Shown here: positions 16,816 to 26,200 of the stretch, one piece after another | How the letters are laid out: each line of letters begins with the position of its first letter | How positions within the stretch are numbered: the stretch's first letter is position 1 | Notes under the pieces: model-generated | What the model was told of the DNA's origin: nothing | Database searches by the model: none | Seen by the model: only the letters and a program-made list of their open reading frames with translations | Program-made: the position numbers and the translations under genes | Virus record (IMG/VR): IMGVR_UViG_3300010430_000003 | Span: 146,327-210,326 of that record | DNA: 64,000 bases | Strand: one strand, 5' to 3'

Positions 16816-17098
16816 GCTTTTCTCTTAGTAAAATTCTTACTTTCATATACACAATTGCCATATTTAGAATAATCAAATGCCATTCTAAACCACCTCAAAT
16901 AACCGCAATTTGTTCGAATTGTTCTCTCATTTAAAAAATGAAAGCGACGGCCTCTCCCCAACAAAAAATTCACGGAAAGCAGTAATGTATGTACTATACA
17001 AATATATTCTTATAAATTCAAGATTATGGTCAAGGCCGAACTCCTCAACTGTATTGCTAATTTTTGTTATGATTATTATATTAAAAAGTGCGGGATAT

Positions 17099-17326
17099 TC
17101 AATAAAGAATAAAAGGTCGGGTGTTAAGCGTTTCGTTCGAAACACCTGTAAGCATGACATCAATATTATTCCGTGGATATAAATCAATCCAACTAAATCT
17201 TATTTCTTTGTAAATTCGTTCGAAGGTGTAGAATATATTAACAGAATCATGAAGCAAATAGGCATAGTTATGTCCTCTCAAGGCGCTTCTATGAAAAAAG
17301 AAAGAAATCTGTTTATTTATATTCAT
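17099..17326 (-). CDS. MNIN-family micro-ORF
   Basis: MNINKQISFFF. Confidence 0.65.
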   Translation of the reverse strand: MNINKQISFFFHRSALRGHNYAYLLHDSVNIFYTFERIYKEIRFSWIDLYPRNNIDVMLTGVSNETLNTRPFILY

Positions 17327-17844
17327 TTGATAAGTTGCTTATAATTTGCGGCGACCAAGTCGGAATTTTCTCCGCAAAGCCAAACTTCAGCCGTTGCTTG
17401 AATTGTTTCTTCACCAGCAGGTTTCCAACCCTTAACTCGAATTTTAGCTTCAAAGCTCAGTCTACCATTTTCATGACTTACAATAACATCCGATAAATCA
17501 AGTCTTGGGGAAGTCGTCCAGTGACCTTCATCATATGATGCAATTGTTAAATCACCAATTATAAGCCAAGCTTTTGAGACCCAGTCTAAATTCCATGTAA
17601 GTGAAGCTAAATGTATGCTGCCATCAAACTCATCCCAATGCTCAGGTGCATCTGTCCACATCTTTGTCTCAAATCTATTTTCAATAGGGAGTTTTATTGG
17701 AGTTTGTTGTGTGGTTGTTGTTAGAGTTTCAACAATAAGATCACAATATTCAAAATCGGGAGGATCGGGAGGATATTCAATAAAAGTAGAACCACAACTT
17801 GTTAGAAACAGTATTAATACAAATAACAATAATTTCCGAAACAA
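17323..17844 (-). CDS. putative lipoprotein
   Basis: Signal peptide MFRKLLLFVLILFLTSC with lipobox Cys. Confidence 0.65.
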   Translation of the reverse strand: MFRKLLLFVLILFLTSCGSTFIEYPPDPPDFEYCDLIVETLTTTTQQTPIKLPIENRFETKMWTDAPEHWDEFDGSIHLASLTWNLDWVSKAWLIIGDLTIASYDEGHWTTSPRLDLSDVIVSHENGRLSFEAKIRVKGWKPAGEETIQATAEVWLCGENSDLVAANYKQLIK

Positions 17845-17925
17845 ATGGTAAGCCTCTTATATATCCTTTTTAAATAGGATTTTTAAAAGACTTATATCGA
17901 ATATTTGTTTTACAATACCTTTAAA

Positions 17926-18171
17926 TCAACATGTATTGCAACCCTTTTTCATAAAATCGAGAACTTCGATTAAATAGGTATCAAAATGATTAAAATATCT
18001 ATCTCTTACCAAGTCTAAAGTTATACAAGATTCATGATGGCTATAATTATCAAGAAAAACAGCGTATGGGAAAGAATAGTATGCATTCATATGAACGTTC
18101 CATGATTCGCGAAATAATCTACCCTTAGTTCCACCTAAAAATCTCTTGCAAATTAAAAAATTTATATTCAT
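17926..18171 (-). CDS. MNIN-family micro-ORF
   Basis: MNINFLICKRFL. Confidence 0.7.
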   Translation of the reverse strand: MNINFLICKRFLGGTKGRLFRESWNVHMNAYYSFPYAVFLDNYSHHESCITLDLVRDRYFNHFDTYLIEVLDFMKKGCNTC

Positions 18172-19000
18172 TTATAACCTTTAAACCATCTTTCAAACCA
18201 TGTTGGTTGACGATCATGCCAACGAACCTCTATTTTAGAGATCTCATTAGGTTCCCACAATGTTTTATATATTTCTTTATAAGTCAAATTAACAGAATCA
18301 ACTCTCCACACAGGAATCTTAAGATAAGCCCCAAGAATTTCAAACATCTCTTCTTTGGAAAAGATTAGAATAGATTTCTGTTTAACCAAATAATATTTCT
18401 GTGGCAACTGAGAAGTCGGTCTGGGATCAAGAAATTTGAGTTTCTCGTGAGGGCCAAACATTGTTTTAAAATCACTTGTGCTTAGATATTCTTTTTGTAA
18501 AGTAACCATCATTCACCGATATTCAGAATCATGCCAGAACAGTTCAATATATTCCTCGTATTTATCTTTGTGAAGATATTTGCGAAGATTGGCTTTTCCT
18601 TTAGCCCTATCCCTCTTCACCCTTCCCCGCTTGTAACATTTTATGGATTTGCGTGTATGAGGACTCACTAATCGCTGCCCCCACCACCTACAAAGAACAG
18701 TAAGAGTGATAAAATTCCAAACCACCAAGACAATTCAATATTAAAGAAAACGATTGGTTCTCCATATAACCACATAATCATCCATCCAATGGCAAATCCG
18801 ATGGCAAATCTAATGGCGTACATTACAGCGGCAAAAAGGAGAACCGTAAGAAAAGCACCAACCCCGAAAAGTACTGCAAGAACAGGTGTGAAGTAAGGCT
18901 TCAGAAAATCATAACTGCGTTGATACCAAGTTCTAATGTGGTGCATAATTGTTATTCCTTTGAAAGAAGAATATAAGGTTTTCATAGTAAGTATTTCCAC
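18168..19000 (-). CDS. three hypothetical ORFs (18168-18512, 18513-18728, 18668-19000 multi-TM)
   Basis: ORF track; the last is strongly hydrophobic. Confidence 0.5.
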
Positions 19001-19157
19001 TCGCCGTAAAGTTTTTAACTATTGTTTCATAATAAATTGCAGAGTTTCTAAACTTATCATTTGATACGAACATTTTATCTGCTGTCAGGCGATGCCAGTT
19101 GCAAATGTAAAGGACATAGGTTCGTGCTATGATGATATTAATATCGTTTGATTCCAT
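18933..19157 (-). CDS. MNIN-family micro-ORF
   Basis: MESNDINIIIARTYV. Confidence 0.7.
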   Translation of the reverse strand: MESNDINIIIARTYVLYICNWHRLTADKMFVSNDKFRNSAIYYETIVKNFTASGNTYYENLIFFFQRNNNYAPH

Positions 19158-19353
19158 TTAATTTAGCCAGCAGTGATTTGTTTTTATTTCTCAATAACAG
19201 TGAAATATTGTGCTTTATATATTGAGGATATCTTTGGAGTTTCTTCAAAGCGGGACATGTCTTTCTTGAAAAGCCATGGGAACCATTTTTGTAAATCTTA
19301 TGACAACCGCTATATAGAAAAATATGAGCAACAAAAATATTAATATTATTCAT
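19138..19353 (-). CDS. MNIN-family micro-ORF
   Basis: MNNINIFVAHIFL. Confidence 0.7.
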   Translation of the reverse strand: MNNINIFVAHIFLYSGCHKIYKNGSHGFSRKTCPALKKLQRYPQYIKHNISLLLRNKNKSLLAKLNGIKRY

Positions 19354-19598
19354 AATATAATCTAAAATCTAAACAATTTGTTGAAATCAATTCAATTTCA
19401 AATTTAGGAATATAAGAAATGAATTGTTCTTGTCGCAATTCAATTAATTCTTTTTCAACAATTGTTCGCAATTCATAAATACCTTTAGTATTTGCTTGAA
19501 GCGCAGTACCATTTTTCCTCTTAAAGAGGAGATATTTGTTTAAAATTTGAACGAGTTGTGCATAAAGCTGTTTATAAGTTAAGAATGGACTTTTCATC

Positions 19599-19811
19599 CT
19601 AAAAAGAACCCGAAAAATCAAATATATTTGAGACCCACTCTTTACTATAATATATCAGTTGTTGATTTTCAAACAGTTGTTGATTATAACTTCCATTTTT
19701 ATCAAGCCACCACACCACACAATTTCCCGCATTATCAACTTCTTTGACATACATACAAATATCACGGTATTCTCTAAGACATACTTTATCTTTTTTATGA
19801 AAAATAATCAC
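19599..19811 (-). CDS. small beta-barrel protein, possibly YodC/DUF2158-like
   Basis: FHKKDKVCL...MYVKEV...CVVWWLD pattern. Confidence 0.35.
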   Translation of the reverse strand: MIIFHKKDKVCLREYRDICMYVKEVDNAGNCVVWWLDKNGSYNQQLFENQQLIYYSKEWVSNIFDFSGSF

Positions 19812-20128
19812 TCTTCGTTCTTCTTTTCAAAATATTTACTTAAGTATTTTCTAATATTTGTAGCCCCAACAGGATTAGCAGAATGAACACACCAAGTCAA
19901 ATCAGTTATGTCCAACTTTTTATCCATATCCTGTTTTACAAGCCATTTAGCGCAATCATAACCAGTTTTAGAATAACGACCAGTACCACCCAAATCATGA
20001 TCAAAGGAAATTCCAAGAGGAACACCATGTTCAGTGATGTAATCACAAAATTCCTCATATGAACGCACTGTCACCCAGTGTTCATATGGAGATTCTCTAA
20101 TATCATCAAGAAATAAATGGTAAGACAT
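19808..20128 (-). CDS. cyclic-phosphate-processing receiver-like (cREC) domain protein
   Basis: LFLDDIRE, ISFDHDLG, TGYDCAKWL, VHSANPVG motifs. Confidence 0.8.
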   Translation of the reverse strand: MSYHLFLDDIRESPYEHWVTVRSYEEFCDYITEHGVPLGISFDHDLGGTGRYSKTGYDCAKWLVKQDMDKKLDITDLTWCVHSANPVGATNIRKYLSKYFEKKNEE

Positions 20129-20700
20129 TTAAACCAAACCTCTAAGTCTTGAATTATCTTGACCCATTTCATTAACCAGTGATTCAAGAAGAATAGACCA
20201 CTCTTTAAGATTAGATTTTGCAGGGAAACATGAGCGGAGAGCACCAACCCTCATAATTTGAGGGTGAATACTATTATTTAGCCTCTTAAGAAGGAAATCA
20301 ACTCTCTCCCACCTTTTGAGCCGACATTCAAAATGAAGAATTGTAAAAAGAGTTTCCATCCGCTTTTGAAGGTTGGGGTCCATTATTCCTCCAGCGCTTT
20401 AATTACTTCAGCTTCAAACTCTAGAGATAGGGAGTCCAGTTCTCCCTTGAATGAGTCTTGCTGTTTGAGGTTCTTATCAAGACGCTCCAAGAGTAATTTA
20501 ATGTTGAATTTAGGTTGTTTCTTTTCGAACACCCAAACAGTCACAGCACTTTTTGTACTCTGTCCAGAGGCATTCACATAAATTTCAGACTGGAACGAAT
20601 TTTTGAATTCACATCTCTTTGTGAGTTCGCTAGATGGTGGCTCAAATTGTTTTGTGGTGATTGTAAGGAAACGATCATTCTCTCTAACATAGATAGCCAA
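20129..20700 (-). CDS. two hypothetical ORFs (20129-20383, 20383-20700)
   Basis: ORF track, co-oriented. Confidence 0.55.
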
Positions 20701-20726
20701 AATGCACTCCTGATATGTACAGTTTT

Positions 20727-20754
20727 ATTGTAGTTTTTCTTGGAAAAATCTCAA
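20727..20754 (-). promoter_or_regulatory. sigma70-like promoter TTGAGA-N16-TACAAT
   Basis: Read directly upstream of the 20700 start. Confidence 0.6.
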
Positions 20755-20831
20755 TACTAAAATATTACGAAGAATTGGGAGGAATTCGAAAAAAGACGTG
20801 AGTGCGAGAAACTCTAAATGACAAAAATGCA

Positions 20832-21440
20832 TTATGTCCTCAAGAAGATACCATGGTTGGTAGTAGAAAAGTCAAGTGAATAGTTTTTAATGTCAACTAA
20901 TCGACAGTAATCATCTATTTCTTCAAGAGTGAGACTTGTAAACCCACGTTTAACAGAACCAACCTGATTATCACATGGTAAGTGGATACACATTTTACCA
21001 GTTTCATTAAGAACTCTTTGAGTCTCTTCCATATAGGAGAGAATGATTCCTTTGTCGGCTCTCATTAAGGAATCAAGGCTAAATACAAAATCAACAGAAT
21101 TGTCTTCAATACCTTTAAGTTCGTCACCTTCTGTAAGATAGGTTTTGATTGGAGCGTCCGGCCATCTTTCAAGTAACCTTGAAAAACCCCCTTCATGGAG
21201 GTCAACACATATAATCTCTTTTGCTTCTAAACAGAATTGCGTCCACTTACCGTCTAAGGAGCCAATTTCAAGAACAACATTATTGTTGATGTTCGGAGTG
21301 ATAAACTCATTTTTGATTTTAAGATAATTCCCAAGCGGATCGTCTTCTCTGTTGGGGTCACCCCAACTATACCCATAGATGTCCTCTACAGGCATCTTAT
21401 TCATTTCATTGATCCAGCGCTGTGTAAACTCTTTACTCAC
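20832..21440 (-). CDS. class I SAM-dependent methyltransferase
   Basis: VLEIGSLDG motif I, CVDL, DNSVDFVFS; probable GTG start at 21440. Confidence 0.85.
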   Translation of the reverse strand: MSKEFTQRWINEMNKMPVEDIYGYSWGDPNREDDPLGNYLKIKNEFITPNINNNVVLEIGSLDGKWTQFCLEAKEIICVDLHEGGFSRLLERWPDAPIKTYLTEGDELKGIEDNSVDFVFSLDSLMRADKGIILSYMEETQRVLNETGKMCIHLPCDNQVGSVKRGFTSLTLEEIDDYCRLVDIKNYSLDFSTTNHGIFLRT

Positions 21441-21580
21441 AGTAAAATCTCCAACGACACATATTGTTCTGACAGCCAGAATAATAGGTAGAGCCCTCCT
21501 CAAATCAAGATTATTATTATATTTCTTTTTAATGATACTAGCTAATAATTACATTGACAGTTTATAAGAGTTAATAAAGC

Positions 21581-21850
21581 ATGAAAATTACCAATAAGAG
21601 AATGATGGAAATTATCAAAGAAGAAACTGATCGATTTCTACGAGAAGTGGAACTTGGAGATTCAAACGAAACTCGACAAAAACTTGACTTGTTTGTTAAT
21701 TCTCTTGAAGAGCAAATTGAACTAATTGGTGATGCAATACTCATGGCAGCACAAGAAAACCCCGATGAATCAGAAAAACTAACAAGAATTATAACTGTTC
21801 ACAATGCTTATATTAAATCCCTTAAAGAGTTATCAACTATTTTAAGATGA
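21581..21850 (+). CDS. putative head-associated small protein
   Basis: MKITNKRMMEIIKEE N-terminus typical of large-phage virion proteins as I recall them. Confidence 0.55.
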   Translation: MKITNKRMMEIIKEETDRFLREVELGDSNETRQKLDLFVNSLEEQIELIGDAILMAAQENPDESEKLTRIITVHNAYIKSLKELSTILR

Positions 21851-23100
21851 AGTTATTTAAAATTAAAAATGAAACAAGTCTTGACACTTCTGACTTTGAA
21901 GAGTTGGCAAATGTCTTTATTCCATACCATCAACAAGAGTTGCAGTGGAGAAAACCTGTTAATATTAATCTGATTTCAGATGAGGAGAACAGTTCTAATC
22001 CTCTCGGTAAAACTGCTTATTATGATCCCAATGAACAACTAATTGTCTTATATCTTGATAATCGTCACGTAAAAGACATTCTTCGTTCGTTAAGCCATGA
22101 GCTTGTTCATCACTTTCAAAATGGCAAGGGGATGTTAACACCAATACAAGGTGAAGATCCTAAATACGCCCAGAATGATGATAACCTTCGTAAATGTGAA
22201 GAAGAAGCTTATTTGGTTGGAAACATGCTTTTCCGTGATTGGGAAGATGATTATAAAAATTCAGAAAAGTTAAATGAGGGATTTGATTCTCCACGAATTG
22301 ATGATTATCGATTTCTTATAACATGGAATCATCCAAACGGAGATGAACTCATTGTTGTTGATTATCCCTCACATGCAGAGATTCCAGATGAGAATAACTT
22401 TCGATCAGGTGCTAAAGTATATCTGCGAAAATGGCTCCGTCGATTTCCTCATCGGGGTTCTTTAACTTTCTGGGAACTTGACAAAAGTGTGGACGACATC
22501 ACTGATATTTATCAACCTGGTGATGTTATTCCTGCTGCCGCGATTGATTTTTCTGTCGCTGGTGATTATAAGGTCCGTGCGACACAGGATACCATTTCCC
22601 AAAAAGATATGTTTAAAATTGTACAAGAAAGTGTAATGTCCTTTAAGGAAATGATGCCCGATAAATTAGAAACTGAAATAATTGGAAGTATTAATCTAAA
22701 TAAAACAACAACAAACCGAAAATGGATCGGAACGGTTATATATGGCAAGAATGAAATTACTGTTTCGTATTTTTGGACAACTTTGGGAACTAAGTTCTTT
22801 GTTGTTTCGAATTCGTCCTTATATGGCCCAGAAGTAATTGATTCTACTTTTGAAAATAAAAAGCAAGCACGTTCTTTTGCTCTTTTGAATATGAAAGAAA
22901 CTTCATATGAAACAGACGTTTTTCAAATGAGAACATATAAAGATTACAACAAAGAAAAACGAGATGACAAAGGATATACTAAAAAGCTTAAAAGTTATCA
23001 ATATGAATCAATTTCTACTCGGAAAGAAGAGCATAGAATTAAATTGGAAGAAAGGCTGTATAAACGATTCAATATTCATCATAAAATTGGAGAAGAATAA
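21847..23100 (+). CDS. zincin-like metallopeptidase-domain virion protein
   Basis: SHELVHHFQ (HExxH) plus downstream EEEAY; domain ends near KLNE. Confidence 0.75.
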   Translation: MKLFKIKNETSLDTSDFEELANVFIPYHQQELQWRKPVNINLISDEENSSNPLGKTAYYDPNEQLIVLYLDNRHVKDILRSLSHELVHHFQNGKGMLTPIQGEDPKYAQNDDNLRKCEEEAYLVGNMLFRDWEDDYKNSEKLNEGFDSPRIDDYRFLITWNHPNGDELIVVDYPSHAEIPDENNFRSGAKVYLRKWLRRFPHRGSLTFWELDKSVDDITDIYQPGDVIPAAAIDFSVAGDYKVRATQDTISQKDMFKIVQESVMSFKEMMPDKLETEIIGSINLNKTTTNRKWIGTVIYGKNEITVSYFWTTLGTKFFVVSNSSLYGPEVIDSTFENKKQARSFALLNMKETSYETDVFQMRTYKDYNKEKRDDKGYTKKLKSYQYESISTRKEEHRIKLEERLYKRFNIHHKIGEE

Positions 23101-23280
23101 ATGTCACGATTAAGAGTTAAACGAAGAAATATGGCCATTGAAGAGGCCGCTAAAAGCCCTGTAGTTGAAGATGAGGTTGTTGATGACACTCCCACTGCAG
23201 AAACTGTTGAAGAGGTTGAGGAGGCTCCTGCGTCTGTTGAGGAAGCCCCTAAGAAGAAGACAATCAAAAATAAGAAGTAA
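23101..23280 (+). CDS. small acidic/basic low-complexity protein (59 aa, not in ORF track)
   Basis: MSRLRVKRR...EEAPKKKTIKNKK, fills the gap between large genes. Confidence 0.6.
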   Translation: MSRLRVKRRNMAIEEAAKSPVVEDEVVDDTPTAETVEEVEEAPASVEEAPKKKTIKNKK

Positions 23281-23286
23281 TAAAAT

Positions 23287-26200
23287 ATGGGTGGTCTCGC
23301 TGGTCGTATCAAATATCTTTATGAAGGTGATTTAACCTTCAAAGAACTTAAAACTATTCTTGAAAATATTTCATTAAGTCACCTTCCTCTTTATGAAAAA
23401 GTGGATGGATTTAATTGCTATTTTTCTTGCAGAAGAGGTATGCCTGTAATGGCTCGAAATCTGACCGAAGCACGGTCAGGTGGTTTATCCATCATTGAAC
23501 TATCAAATCGAGAATTTAAAGGTGGCAAGAAAGTAAAGAAGGTTTTTATTGAAGCCCTCAAAAATTTCTCCAAAGATTTCAGACTCTTAGATAAGAAAAT
23601 TTTTGAAAGCGATGGGAATCAAGTTTTTTATAATTTTGAAATCGTTGACAAAAATACGAATCGTTTGTTTGAATATGATAGTAACGGTCTTGTCTTGCAC
23701 AACTCTGGTCATTTCTGCATTGTTGAAAATAATAAACATTTTGTCAATGGCGATGGTTTTAGAACAGGAACTATCGGAACCAAATATATTAAGCATAATT
23801 TCAAAACCTCTCTTAGAGAAAATTCATATTTTGATGGAAGTTCATTCATACAAAGAATTGATGAAGTAATGCAATCAGTTGGATTGTCTGAACTCAATTC
23901 AATTTCAGAATTGAAAGAGCAAGAGAGACTCAAAAAGATTCTTAATGAGTTTTCTAATAATTTAATAAACTCTCTTAAAAGTAATTTTGTTGACAGTCAA
24001 GAAGAAAAAGTAACTCAATTCAAAGATCGAGTCAAAGAAGCTGTTGATTGTCTCCTTGAATATTCAGGTCCAAATCGAGCACAGGTCGTTGAAAAAACTA
24101 TTCATTATTTAAATCAATTCCCTGCCATTGACTCAATCAACTCATGCATTGAAGGGGTTGTTTTTGAACATAATGGCGAAATGTATAAAATGACTGGTTA
24201 TTATAGACCAATAAATCAACTTTATGGCTTTTATCAAAAGACGCTAAAGGAATTCGATTCAGGTCGAATGTATCCCATTGAGCCAAGCTCTTATAATGTT
24301 GACGGTGTTTTGACACATCCTCAAGAAAAAACCATTGCAATCTTTCCTGGAAGTTTTAAACCGCCTCATGCGGGACATTATCGAATCATTGAGGAATTGA
24401 AAAAACTCAAAACTCCTGATGGTTTTCATATTTGTAATAAGATAATCATTTTAATTTCTAATAAGGCTAGAATGGCTCAATCTGATTCGAAAACGACATA
24501 TGTCACCGCTGAGATTGCTAAGGAGCTTTGGGATCTCTATGTGTCAAATGAAGATGCTCAAACTCGAATTGAAGTCCGAGTTGCAGATCACGACACTCCA
24601 ATTAAGTGTGTTTATGATATCATGCTTAATGAAATGTCTCCCGGCGAAACTTTGATGTTGGTCAAATCAGATAAAGACGCAAATTCAGATCGATTTAATG
24701 CTTTTTCAGATTTCTCGGATGAATATGACCTCGGTGTTAAGGTTATTGCAAAAGAAATGAATATCTTCTCTGCGGGAATTTCAGCTTCAAATATGCGAAA
24801 CTGGATTGCTGATGGAGATGAGGATAGGTTCAAGGGCTTCCTCCCAGATCACTTATCGTCAGAAGACCGCGCTCGTGGTTGGGAAATTGTTACCGGCGAA
24901 CAAGACGTTTCGTTATCGGAAGACGACTCTTTTTTTTTAAGTGAAGGGTATGACGCTCTTCTTGAAGGAGAAGGTGATAAACGTCTAAAGAGTGCCCTCC
25001 GGAAGAACCCAGATTATAAAGAACAAATTGAAGCTCTTGCTGCAGCTGATCCTTCCGGCAAAGGAAGGAAGCTTTTGCCTTGGATGGTTCGTGAGCTTGT
25101 GAAGTTTGATGGCGGGCGAACAAATGATATTATTGCTGTGATATCATTGTTTTGGCAATATCGGCAACGCTTTAAAGCAGCTTCCTATTCAACCGATGTT
25201 TTTTCATATTCCTTTGAAGAAATGTTGACTCTCCTTAAGAAATTAAGACTCACTCCTCGTTTTGATAAAATTAAGTCTCCTCTTCGAACATCCAATTATC
25301 CCGGTTCTTCTGTTGTGTATGAGGAAGAAGACTTTGCTGTGATCCGACCATATACCTTTGAAGCTTCATGCTATTTTGGAGAAGAGGGAAATTGGTGCAT
25401 CTCCACTGATGAGGGTCATTGGAATGACTATGTCGGAAATGAATCTGTTCATTATATCTTAATTAATGATTCAATTAAATTTGAAGAAGATGCTGATTCA
25501 AAAATTGATTTTGTTGTAAGACATGGTACAGTCATGGAGCTGTGGGATAAAGAAAATACTTCTCTTGATGAAGATTATGTGGAAGAGCTTCTTGGAGAAG
25601 AACTCTATAACAAAATTGAACAAGCAATTTTAACAGATTATGAACGTGATCCTGATAATGAAGAAACAGGTAATCGCAAAGAGTGGATTGAACTTCAATC
25701 TGAAATCGAAGCTGATTGGGATGATCGAAAATATATCACATGTGAGATATATGAATATGATTCGAATCAATTCCAGCTTCAAGCTTGGATTAATATTGAC
25801 TTCGATGAAACGAATATAAAATTAAAACCGCAAGAACGCTCTTGGCAAGCGTCTCAAAAATTTTCTCATGCAATTGAAGCAATTATTGATTATACAATCG
25901 AAGATGTTGAAGTTGATGGGAATACAATTCGTGGTAGAATATACCTTGATGATGTATTTACCCCTGATGACGCACAATATAGTTGGGAGCAATTAACAGA
26001 AAAAGATGATTATCTTCAAGGTGATGATCCCGATGACAACATTCGAGCCGTTGTTTATTCACTGTGGGAATATGATTTAATTGAAGGTGAAACAGAAAGT
26101 AAAATAGAAATCATCAAAAAGATTGATGAGCATGAGTTCAGATATCTTTTCGCCGATTTTGATGAAGATGAAGGGTTATCGGTTCAATTTACTCTCCACG

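Noticed and set aside
16816-17102. Additional family member downstream of 17099-17326
   Set aside because: The TTGA-coupled start gives only MNIPHFLI-stop, and the other frames lack a clear start; possibly a decayed copy, but not supportable.
44-19353. Micro-ORFs as diversity-generating retroelement targets (N/Y/H/F/S-rich)
   Set aside because: No reverse transcriptase and no near-identical template/variable repeat pair differing only at adenines in the window; paralogs differ at all bases.
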